A stretch of DNA of 64,000 bases from Nitrosopumilus sp. (GTDB lineage: Archaea; Thermoproteota; Nitrososphaeria; Nitrososphaerales; Nitrosopumilaceae): the NCBI GenBank assembly GCA_965219345.1, contig OZ244732.1, positions 864,001 through 928,000 of the forward strand. The letters are read 5' to 3'. The notes under the pieces are model-generated. The model was given only the letters and a program-made list of their open reading frames with translations. It searched no databases and was not told the origin of the DNA. Made by a program: the position numbers and the translations under genes. This document shows, piece by piece, positions 9,509-18,176 of the stretch. The stretch's first letter is position 1; every line of letters begins with the position of its first letter.

Positions 9509-9982
9509 ATGTCTGAATTCTCTCTCATTGCCACTGGTGGCACATTTGATATAATTCATAGAGGCCATCTAACTTTACTTTCAACTGCATTTACAATTTC
9601 TGACAAAGTTATCATTGGACTAACTAGTGATGAACTTGCCGAAAAAAAGGGAAAACTACCAATCAACAAGTATGAAAAACGATTTGAAACTTTAACAGAA
9701 GTTATTTCAAAAGAATTTCCAAACTCTTCATTCCAAATTAGTAAACTTGGGAATGATTTTGGACCTGCTGTTTTAGAGAAAGGAGTTGAAGCCTTGATAG
9801 TTAGCGATGAAACAAGTAGTCACGGTCCTGTTCTAAACCGACTTAGAGCAGAAAAGAAACTACCTCCTGTTAAAATTATAACAGTTCCAATGTTTTTGGC
9901 AAAAGACGGCACAAGAATATCTACAACTAGAATCAAAAACTCTGAAATTGATACAGAGGGAAACTTGCTATCAATTGACTAA
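9509..9982 (+). CDS. coaD: Phosphopantetheine adenylyltransferase
   Basis: GGTFDIIHRGH, LIVSDET, RISTTRI. Confidence 0.9.
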   Translation: MSEFSLIATGGTFDIIHRGHLTLLSTAFTISDKVIIGLTSDELAEKKGKLPINKYEKRFETLTEVISKEFPNSSFQISKLGNDFGPAVLEKGVEALIVSDETSSHGPVLNRLRAEKKLPPVKIITVPMFLAKDGTRISTTRIKNSEIDTEGNLLSID

Positions 9983-10037
9983 TAGCTTGTCTAACCTTGA
10001 GTAATCGGAATAAAACAAAATTCTAGAATTTAGTCTC

Positions 10038-10367
10038 ATGGCAATAATCAATCACATGATGGAAAAAATTGACACGGACGTCTCGAACATGAAACAAGGG
10101 TTACAACCCCAAAACCTCTCGTTCTGGCATGATAAAATTATCAAAGAAACAATTGAGATGGCACCTCCTTGGCTTCAAGATAAAATCAAAGTTCATCAAG
10201 ATCCTGTACTTACAATGAAATTTAATTTGGATATTTCAAAACGCGCGGTTAGATATTTTATGATTGTTGTTGACAATAATTTAGATGATATGCCATATTC
10301 AACAAAGCTCTATTTTCTCAAAGTTCAGGAGATAATGTCAACTGAAATGGATAAATCTCTAGTTTAA
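10038..10367 (+). CDS. Conserved hypothetical protein
   Basis: Clean ORF with core-like codon usage. Confidence 0.75.
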   Translation: MAIINHMMEKIDTDVSNMKQGLQPQNLSFWHDKIIKETIEMAPPWLQDKIKVHQDPVLTMKFNLDISKRAVRYFMIVVDNNLDDMPYSTKLYFLKVQEIMSTEMDKSLV

Positions 10368-10439
10368 TGAGATTTTTTTGTTTTAGGCACAAATTAAAGT
10401 CAAGGTATCTATAACCAATCCGTTTGAAATTCTCCAGAT

Positions 10440-11234
10440 ATGGAACTTTACAAAAGATATTCTGATAGAAAGAAATCTGGAAGAAATTCTAATCGAAGCG
10501 AAAAATCATTTCGTTCTTTTAGAAATTCCAGAGATGATGGGGGCTCAAGATATTCCAGAGATGATAGAAGAGAAGAATCTACAACTGTAACTTGTGCTGA
10601 TTGTGGTACCGAATGTCAAGTTCCATTTGTTCCGAGAACTGACAAACCTGTATTCTGCAGTGATTGTTTCAGACAAAACAAACCACAAGATTCTAGAAAT
10701 GATAGATATTCCAGAGATGATAGGGGTTCAAGATATTCCAGAGATGATAGGGGTTCAAGATATTCCAGAGATGATAGGGGTTCAAGATATTCCAGAGATG
10801 ATAGGGGTTCAAGATATTCCAGAGATGACAGGGGTTCACGTTCAAGTAAAGATAATTCTAGACCTAGAAAATCAATAAATAATAAATTTTTAAAAAAACA
10901 GGAAAGCTTCTTTTCTGATGGTTCAGAAAAATTCTATGCAACTCTAAAAGAAAAATTATTTGAAATTTTAGGAGGAAAAGTTTGTTCTAGCTGTGGATTT
11001 AAAGATGAAAGGGCTTTAGGATTTAGTCATAAATTTGATGATCAAGCATTTGATGATATTGGACGTGGAGGAGTCGCATCTTCATGGGGAAAGTATATCT
11101 CAGAACCGGAACTTGCTAGAGAAGAACTTAATGTGATGTGCTTGAACTGTAACGAAATTAGACAACCCATGTCAAAATCAAAAGAATCCAGTTCAAAACC
11201 TAAACAGAAAAAGAGCAGACACTTTCCTAGATGA
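10440..11234 (+). CDS. CxxC-x17-CxxC zinc-ribbon protein with R/S/D-rich repeats
   Basis: CADCGTECQVPF..P...KPVFCSDCF; second CxxC pair; SRDDRGSRY repeats. Confidence 0.85.
   Translation: MELYKRYSDRKKSGRNSNRSEKSFRSFRNSRDDGGSRYSRDDRREESTTVTCADCGTECQVPFVPRTDKPVFCSDCFRQNKPQDSRNDRYSRDDRGSRYSRDDRGSRYSRDDRGSRYSRDDRGSRYSRDDRGSRSSKDNSRPRKSINNKFLKKQESFFSDGSEKFYATLKEKLFEILGGKVCSSCGFKDERALGFSHKFDDQAFDDIGRGGVASSWGKYISEPELAREELNVMCLNCNEIRQPMSKSKESSSKPKQKKSRHFPR
10705..10838 (+). repeat. 27-bp in-frame tandem repeat (~5 copies)
   Basis: agatattccagagatgataggggttca units encoding RYSRDDRGS. Confidence 0.92.
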
Positions 11235-11296
11235 TCATTAAAATCATCTTTGAGAATTTATTAACACTTTAATAATAATAATTTGGAAATCAAATT

Positions 11297-11380
11297 ATGG
11301 ACGGCGACTCCAAGGCATTAACAATTTCTCTAGTAGCTATGGTTGTAATTGTAACACTATATGCTGTATTTACTCTGTAA
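11297..11380 (+). CDS. 27-aa single-TM small protein
   Basis: MDGDSKALTISLVAMVVIVTLYAVFTL exactly fills the intergenic gap. Confidence 0.5.
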   Translation: MDGDSKALTISLVAMVVIVTLYAVFTL

Positions 11381-11382
11381 AT

Positions 11383-11664
11383 TCACTCTTTCACAATTTC
11401 TATACTGTGCTCTAAAATTTTAGTGGAAACTAGCTTGTGTTCTTTGTCAATTACTGATTGAATAAAATCCGCAAATTTCTCAACATTTACTTTATCCTTT
11501 AGTACAATACTGTGAGCGGATTTATCTTTCAATGAAATCACTAGCTCATTTTCAATCACATTTAGGATTGATGTAATGTAGGTTTCTTTACCATCCTTTA
11601 TGAAAATTAAACTAGCAAATTTCTGAGCCTCATATTTGCTGTCACATACAATACTAATTTTCAT
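11383..11664 (-). CDS. Hypothetical protein, translationally coupled to trpS
   Basis: 4-bp overlap with the trpS stop. Confidence 0.75.
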   Translation of the reverse strand: MKISIVCDSKYEAQKFASLIFIKDGKETYITSILNVIENELVISLKDKSAHSIVLKDKVNVEKFADFIQSVIDKEHKLVSTKILEHSIEIVKE

Positions 11665-12773
11665 TTATTCTCAAAAAGGAATTGTTCTATCTGGTTTTTT
11701 GCCTTTTCTCTTTTTTCCTGATGAATGACAAGAAAATCGTTAATTTTTTCAATTAAAATTGCTTTTAATTCTCCAGTAAGTAATTTTCCAGATTTGTAAT
11801 CTTCATGGATTGACTTTAACTTGTTGTCATTTGGTTCAAAAAATATTCTGAGATATTGATATGATACATCTATGTCTGGATTTCCTCCAAGTTTTCTATG
11901 TTGTTCAATATCTGGCTGTCCACCTGAAAATGCATATTTGTTAATTTTCTTTTTTACTACATTTGGCGCATCAGTTGTGTAAACTGTACTATTTTCATCA
12001 GAAGCTGACATCTTTCCACCTGGCCCTTCCAAGCTTGGAATCATTATGTTGTGAATTAATGCGGGTTTTGGTTTTCCAACCTTTGATGCAATGTCTCTTG
12101 TTAATCTAAAGTGAGGGTCTTGGTCTACCCCTAACGGAATCAAGACCGGTTTATCTTCAATAAAACATGGTGCAGACTGTAATGATGTGTAAAAAATCAT
12201 GCCAATATTTGTCTCATTTGTAAAACCAAATGTTGCTTTTGTATTTGAAAAATTAATTTTCTTTGCTACTTGAGCTGCAATTGGATAGAGAGTTTGAATA
12301 TTTTTTGTATTGATAATAATTTTTGTTTTTTCTGGTTTGAAACCTAATGCAATAAAGTCTAATGCATTTTCATATGCAAATTTACTGGTTTCTTCTAAAG
12401 TAAGATTAGGTTTTGCGTAAAATTTTTCATCATCTGTTAATTGAAAATACATGTTAACATCAAACTTTTCTTGTAGCCATTTTGCAAAAACCCATGGTAC
12501 CAAATGTCCAATATGAGTATGACCAGAAGGCCCTCTTCCAGTATATAGAAAGAATTTGTTACCCTTTTCATAATCATCAAGAATTCTGTTCATTTCTCTA
12601 TGGGAGAAGAAAATACCTCTTCTGAGCATGAAATGGTCCTCGCCAGTATTCTTCTTGATCCTCTCTTGTAATTCTGAAGAAATCTTCTCAGTACCAAACC
12701 TCTTGATTAATTTATCATAATCAATATCTCCTTCAACATGCCAAGGAGTTACAATAAAGTCATCAGCTGACAT
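11661..12773 (-). CDS. trpS: Tryptophan--tRNA ligase
   Basis: YTGRGPS, HIGH, DQDPHFRLTRD, KMSAS. Confidence 0.97.
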   Translation of the reverse strand: MSADDFIVTPWHVEGDIDYDKLIKRFGTEKISSELQERIKKNTGEDHFMLRRGIFFSHREMNRILDDYEKGNKFFLYTGRGPSGHTHIGHLVPWVFAKWLQEKFDVNMYFQLTDDEKFYAKPNLTLEETSKFAYENALDFIALGFKPEKTKIIINTKNIQTLYPIAAQVAKKINFSNTKATFGFTNETNIGMIFYTSLQSAPCFIEDKPVLIPLGVDQDPHFRLTRDIASKVGKPKPALIHNIMIPSLEGPGGKMSASDENSTVYTTDAPNVVKKKINKYAFSGGQPDIEQHRKLGGNPDIDVSYQYLRIFFEPNDNKLKSIHEDYKSGKLLTGELKAILIEKINDFLVIHQEKREKAKNQIEQFLFENK

Positions 12774-12821
12774 TCAATCTGACTTAGGTTAAGGTTTAAA
12801 AAGTCTTTTTCGATCTTTCTG

Positions 12822-14252
12822 ATGTTGTCACAAGTTTTTCATGATATTGAAAAAAAAATCATTCATTCTTTGCAGCCTGATCAAATTCTAACAATATCTG
12901 AAATTGAAAAACAAACTGGTTTACAATCTGATCAAGTTAGAAGGGGCATTGAATGGTTAAAATTGAAAAATCTTACACATGTGAAAGAATCAACTGATGT
13001 TCATTATCATTTTGGAAAGAAAGGTGATGAAGCTATTGAAAATGGTTTACCTGAAAGAAGATTAGTAAATGAAATTGAAAAAGGAAATACGACTTTTGAT
13101 AGGTTAAAACCCATTTTAGGTTTAGATTTTAATGCAGCTATAGCATATGCAAAAAAGAATAATTGGATCTCTATTTCAAAAAATGAAACATCAACAGAAC
13201 TTTCTTTAAATGAGGTTCATCAAGAATCATTAGAAGAAAAATTTATCCTCGCCAATAAATCTCTTGAAAAAGATAAAACTAATGAAATTAAAGTATCTGC
13301 AGACTCTCTTTTTGCAGTAGCGTCGCTTAAAAAACGTCCTGATTTTATTGTTGAATCGTCATCCATCATCAAAAAAATTTCATTAACTGTTGAAGGCAAA
13401 AAAATCAATTTAGATGGTTTATCTCATTCAAGTGGCGCAATTGATGTTGAAGCAAATGTACCTGAAGTTTTTGCTTCAAGAACCCATCCATTAAAAGACA
13501 CTATTGATGAAATTCGTGAAATTTTTGTTACATTGGGTTTTTCAGAAATTCTTGGAAGTATGACCCAGCCAAGCTTTTGGAACTTTGATGCTCTATTTAC
13601 CCCACAAGATCATCCTGCAAGAGAATTACAGGATACATTTTATCTAGATGGCGTTTCTGCCAAAAAAATTGCAACTCCTGAACAAATTAGAAAAGTCTCT
13701 GAATCCCACAAAAAGAATTGGGGATATCATTGGGATATCAATGAAGCAAGAAAAATGGTTTTAAGAACTCACACCACCTGTGTTACAATTAAACATCTAG
13801 CTGAAACCAAACCTGATGAAGCTAGAGTTTTCTCATTAGGTCGTGTATTTAGAAATGAAAAAGTAAGTTACAAACATCTTGTAGAATTTAATCAAATTGA
13901 AGGAGTTGTTGTAGGAAAGGATGCTAATCTGAGAAATTTAATGGGAATTCAAAGAGAATTCTACAAACGAATTGGAATTACAAAGATAAAATTCTGGCCA
14001 ACATTTTTTCCGTATACAGAACCGTCACTGCAAACTATGGTGTATAATGAAAGATTAGGAAAATGGGTTGAACTATTTGGAATGGGAATTTTCAGACCAG
14101 AAGTAACTAAACCTCTTGGAATTACTAAACCTGTTTTGGCATGGGGTGGCGGTATTGAACGAATTGCAATGCTAAAGTATGGTCTTGATGATGTTAGGGA
14201 ATTTTACAATAACAACTTGAGTTGGCTAAGGAGTGCTAGAAAATGCCAGTAG
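12822..14252 (+). CDS. pheS: Phenylalanine--tRNA ligase alpha subunit
   Basis: NFDALFTPQDHPARELQDTFY, LRTHTT, FPYTEPS. Confidence 0.97.
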   Translation: MLSQVFHDIEKKIIHSLQPDQILTISEIEKQTGLQSDQVRRGIEWLKLKNLTHVKESTDVHYHFGKKGDEAIENGLPERRLVNEIEKGNTTFDRLKPILGLDFNAAIAYAKKNNWISISKNETSTELSLNEVHQESLEEKFILANKSLEKDKTNEIKVSADSLFAVASLKKRPDFIVESSSIIKKISLTVEGKKINLDGLSHSSGAIDVEANVPEVFASRTHPLKDTIDEIREIFVTLGFSEILGSMTQPSFWNFDALFTPQDHPARELQDTFYLDGVSAKKIATPEQIRKVSESHKKNWGYHWDINEARKMVLRTHTTCVTIKHLAETKPDEARVFSLGRVFRNEKVSYKHLVEFNQIEGVVVGKDANLRNLMGIQREFYKRIGITKIKFWPTFFPYTEPSLQTMVYNERLGKWVELFGMGIFRPEVTKPLGITKPVLAWGGGIERIAMLKYGLDDVREFYNNNLSWLRSARKCQ

Positions 14253-15868
14253 TTGAACTATCCTATACGCGTCTCCAAAAATTGGTTGGCAAAGTAACAA
14301 AAAAGCAAATTTCTGATTCCTTACCGTTTCTTGGATTGGATATTGAATCAGAAAACAAAGATCTAATCCGAATTGAATACAGCCCAAATAGACCTGATTA
14401 TTCAACCGATTTTGGAATTGCGCTTGGATTGCAAGGGTTGCTTGGAATCAAGACTGGAGCAATTAAACTGAAAGTCAAAAAATCAAACAAATATTGTATT
14501 ACTGTAAAATCTCAAGTATCGAAAATCCGTCCTTTTGTAACTGGTATTGTTGCAACAAAGGGAAAAATTGACGATAAAACAATTAAACAGTTCATTACCC
14601 TACAAGAAGATCTTCATTTTGGAATAGGAAGAAAGAGAAAGAAATCATCCATAGGAATTCACGACTTGGATAAGATCACTTTTCCCTTAGTTTACAAAAC
14701 CGCTAATAGAAATCATAAATTCATTCCATTAAACTCTGAAAAAGAACTTTCAATTTCTGAAATCTTTGAAAGCACTGATGTAGGAAAAGATTATGGTTCC
14801 ATACTTGGAAATTCCCCACAAGTACCTCTAATTTTAGACGCAAATCAAAAAACAGTTTCTTTTCCTCCAATAATTAACGCAGCAATAACTACTGTATCAA
14901 CTAAAACAAAAAATCTATTTGTTGAAGTAACTGGAATCAATAAAGAAGATGCTGAAGACATGCTTTCAGTTGTTGCAACCATTTTACAAAGTGCAGGTTT
15001 TACTTTGGAATCAGTTCAAATTTCTGGAGCAAAAAACTCTTCACCAAAACTTGAACAAAAGAAAATGTTTGCAAGTCCTTCCTTGATAAACCAAACACTT
15101 GGTTTGAATCTTAACACTTCAAAGATTATTTCATCATTGAAAAAATCTAGGTTAGATGCATCAACTAAAGGCAAGAGTATTATCTGTACAATTCCTGCAC
15201 ATAGATTTGATATTTTTGGATCAATGGATTTAGTAGAAGAAGTTGCTTTAGGGTATGGAATTCAGAATCTTGAACCTATACTGTCACCTTCTCGAACGTT
15301 GGGCCAAAAACATCCTAGCTCAACTAGTTTACAATCAATTTCTTGTATTATGACCGGATTAGGGTATATGGAAGCCCTAAATTCTAGCTTATCAAGTAAA
15401 AGAATTCTTTATCATAATACAAAAAGAGATTCATCAAAAACCATCTCAGTTTTAGATTCTAAAAGTCTTGAACACACCATTCTTAGAGATTCATTACTTC
15501 CAGGATTAATTGACAGTCTGGCAAAAAACATTCATGAATCATACCCTCAAAAATTATTTGAGATGGGAACTATTTTTAATAAAACAAGTTCTGTAACTGA
15601 AGAAATTCATCTTTGTGCAGTAAGCTCCCATAAAGATGCAAACTTTAGCGAACTAAAATCTGTTTTACAATCTGTTATTCAATCAATATTTGGAAAGACT
15701 TGTGAAACTAAAACCGCCACTTATCCAACTTTTGAAGAAGGACATGTTGCAAATATCACTGTAAATGGGAAAATTATTGGAATCATCGGTGAAATTAGCA
15801 AACCTACTAAAGATAACTTTAGGCTTAGAGAGCCAATAGTTTCCTTTGAAGTAAAACTACCTGGTTAA
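14243..15868 (+). CDS. pheT: Phenylalanine--tRNA ligase beta subunit
   Basis: PNRPD, SFPPIIN, DLVEEVA; overlaps pheS. Confidence 0.96.
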   Translation: MPVVELSYTRLQKLVGKVTKKQISDSLPFLGLDIESENKDLIRIEYSPNRPDYSTDFGIALGLQGLLGIKTGAIKLKVKKSNKYCITVKSQVSKIRPFVTGIVATKGKIDDKTIKQFITLQEDLHFGIGRKRKKSSIGIHDLDKITFPLVYKTANRNHKFIPLNSEKELSISEIFESTDVGKDYGSILGNSPQVPLILDANQKTVSFPPIINAAITTVSTKTKNLFVEVTGINKEDAEDMLSVVATILQSAGFTLESVQISGAKNSSPKLEQKKMFASPSLINQTLGLNLNTSKIISSLKKSRLDASTKGKSIICTIPAHRFDIFGSMDLVEEVALGYGIQNLEPILSPSRTLGQKHPSSTSLQSISCIMTGLGYMEALNSSLSSKRILYHNTKRDSSKTISVLDSKSLEHTILRDSLLPGLIDSLAKNIHESYPQKLFEMGTIFNKTSSVTEEIHLCAVSSHKDANFSELKSVLQSVIQSIFGKTCETKTATYPTFEEGHVANITVNGKIIGIIGEISKPTKDNFRLREPIVSFEVKLPG

Positions 15869-15892
15869 TATTTGACTTGGTAGACTATTGTA

Positions 15893-16322
15893 TGCCCTAA
15901 GAGCAACCATGCAGACGGATTGGGATGATGTCGATCGTAATGATGCCAATGATTTCTAATTCACCCAGGCATGGCACATGAGGGCACCCCGGTTTCAGAA
16001 CCCGAAGGAGGTTTTGGCTAAATACCAATGATCTTGTGCGAGTCAGAACCGGGGGACAATTTTATTTCCCAAAAATTGAAAAACCATAAAACATCCATCG
16101 ATGATACAAAAAACTGAAATGGTAAATTATTGGTTGGCTAAACAAGAACCCAGTGGACCATGGCAGAGTCTACAAATGAATCAGTGATATTCTTTGGAGT
16201 ATCAACTATGGGGCTGCCTTAATCCAGACATAATGAAATGCATCAAGGGAAAAGCGGCGGATTGCAGCTATTTATGATCCGAGGTATACTGATTCTGCCC
16301 AGCCACGTTCTATCAATGGTTC
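15893..16322 (+). ncRNA. Candidate structured non-coding RNA(s)
   Basis: ORF-free, GC-enriched, many nested helices, K-turn-like motifs, T-rich tail; strand assumed. Confidence 0.55.
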
Positions 16323-16545
16323 CTAATCTTTTTTGTTTTCATATTTCAGAATTAGTTATGTGTCAGAATTATCGTTAAAAGTTTCTCTGTGTAGATTCTG
16401 CCTTTGTCTGTATTTTATCCTCAAAACTTTTCCGATCACGGGCTTTACCTAAAATAGTAACATTTTACTAATATCTGCCAAAAAAGGTTATAAGCATACC
16501 TAAAATGCTCGGTTTATTGATATAGTCGATTTGTTTTATAAATTC

Positions 16546-16785
16546 ATGGCAACAGCTTATGTTTTAATAAACTGTGAACTAGGTTCAGAAGAAGCTATTA
16601 TTCAGCAACTAAAGGGTTTAGAGGATGTTAAGGAAGTTCATGGAACTTTTGGTGCATACGATATTTTGGCCAAGATTGAATCAGACACTGTGGAAAAACT
16701 TAGAGAAACCATTACTTGGAAGATCAGAAAAATTGAAAAGATTCGTTCAACTCTTACCCTGATGGGTATTGAAGGTCAAACATAA
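16546..16785 (+). CDS. Lrp/AsnC ligand-binding domain protein
   Basis: AYVLIN...GAYDILAKIE...STLTL. Confidence 0.9.
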   Translation: MATAYVLINCELGSEEAIIQQLKGLEDVKEVHGTFGAYDILAKIESDTVEKLRETITWKIRKIEKIRSTLTLMGIEGQT

Positions 16786-16804
16786 ACCCCCTCTTTTTCT
16801 TAGT

Positions 16805-17392
16805 ATGATTTTACATTTTATTTTCGTTGTAAAAGAAGAAGATCGTGAAAAACGACAATTTGAATTTGAATATATTCAAAAAATGAGCCAGTTTTACAGG
16901 GTTTGGATTAAAGAAAAATTTGGAAAAGATTGTGAAATCCAATGTGATGAAATGATTACAAAACCCAGAAGTTTTTTTCAGAGACTTGATACACACACTC
17001 TTGTAAAAGATCATGAACAAAGGGGAAGAGACGTTTACCATTTCTATCTAACTCATTTCAGACCATTCTGGACTGATTGTGCTGGTTGTGAAGGCTATCA
17101 CGCTGAAAATTTTGGAATGGTATTTTGGCAACCCCTTAAAGAATCGAATGATACATTATTTCTTGCAGAAAAAAACTGTACTGCCGTATCTCATGAATTA
17201 CTTCATGAGTTATTACGAATTTCTAAACGTAAAAAATTCATTCAAGAGGTTCATGACATTTGGACAAAGCATCTCTTCGAACAATTAGAATTTGAACAAT
17301 ATAGCGAAGATTTTCAAAAAACTGATGATAAGCCTATGTTTCTAACAATGGACACTTCCGAACTAAATCTAAAAAATAACCTTTCACATTAA
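16805..17392 (+). CDS. Hypothetical protein with zincin-like HExxH motif
   Basis: SHELLHE. Confidence 0.7.
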   Translation: MILHFIFVVKEEDREKRQFEFEYIQKMSQFYRVWIKEKFGKDCEIQCDEMITKPRSFFQRLDTHTLVKDHEQRGRDVYHFYLTHFRPFWTDCAGCEGYHAENFGMVFWQPLKESNDTLFLAEKNCTAVSHELLHELLRISKRKKFIQEVHDIWTKHLFEQLEFEQYSEDFQKTDDKPMFLTMDTSELNLKNNLSH

Positions 17393-18021
17393 CACTTTGT
17401 AACAGAATAGATATTGTTTTCAAAATTTGCTGTTTTGAAATCTAACTTATTTTCAAGATCATTTGGTCTTGATTTACTCAGGTTTTCAAGTTCTACTAAC
17501 GCATCGCCCCTAAAACCTACCGAAGAGCCATAAATTGCGTCAGTCAGCATTGTGCCATGTTCCCCTTTCTTAATATCATCCACCATTTTATAAAATCTTA
17601 AAGTTTCTTTTTTGTTAACAGGATTTCCAGTTGCTTTGTTATATGCAACTGCAATATACATTCCATTATTTTTTACTGCAACAGGAATTTTGTGATTTTT
17701 ACCCGTTGCACCGGGAATTGTTTCGTCAACTAGAACTTCACATTTGTGATACATACTTGAAACATATGCAAAGAATCTATACTGTGCATACCTTCCAGCA
17801 TCATCTTCCTTACAACCAACAAAAACTTGGTGCAGTAGTTCCAAAGCCTCATCATTCATGCTTTGTAATCTGTCATCAATTCTGCCTCTTTCAAGAAGAT
17901 CTGATTTGCATTCTTTTGCAACCATAACTAAAATGAAATCAGGTAAATTGTAATTTTTTAGAGCAGCAACAAATGCTCCTGCTTGTGACATGCCAAATTT
18001 TGGAAAACCTTTATTGACCAT
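17389..18021 (-). CDS. Conserved hypothetical protein (nuclease-fold-like C-terminus)
   Basis: Long clean ORF; IPGATGKNHKIPVAV resembles Mrr-like segments. Confidence 0.7.
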   Translation of the reverse strand: MVNKGFPKFGMSQAGAFVAALKNYNLPDFILVMVAKECKSDLLERGRIDDRLQSMNDEALELLHQVFVGCKEDDAGRYAQYRFFAYVSSMYHKCEVLVDETIPGATGKNHKIPVAVKNNGMYIAVAYNKATGNPVNKKETLRFYKMVDDIKKGEHGTMLTDAIYGSSVGFRGDALVELENLSKSRPNDLENKLDFKTANFENNIYSVTKC

Positions 18022-18176
18022 ACTTACACCTCACTTTAGAAAATTTGCAACTTCCCAACATTCAATTATAAAGTTGCTTTTCGTTTATAATTGTTGAGAA
18101 TTTACATGCCTACTGGATTAATTTTTCTAATCTTTAAATTGCAAAAATTAAATTCAGGATAAATTAATTGTACCAT

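Noticed and set aside
10705-10838. 27-bp repeat as CRISPR
   Set aside because: Head-to-tail with no spacers, and in frame within a CDS.
15893-16322. RNase P or SRP RNA
   Set aside because: Their universally conserved motifs were not found on either strand by eye.
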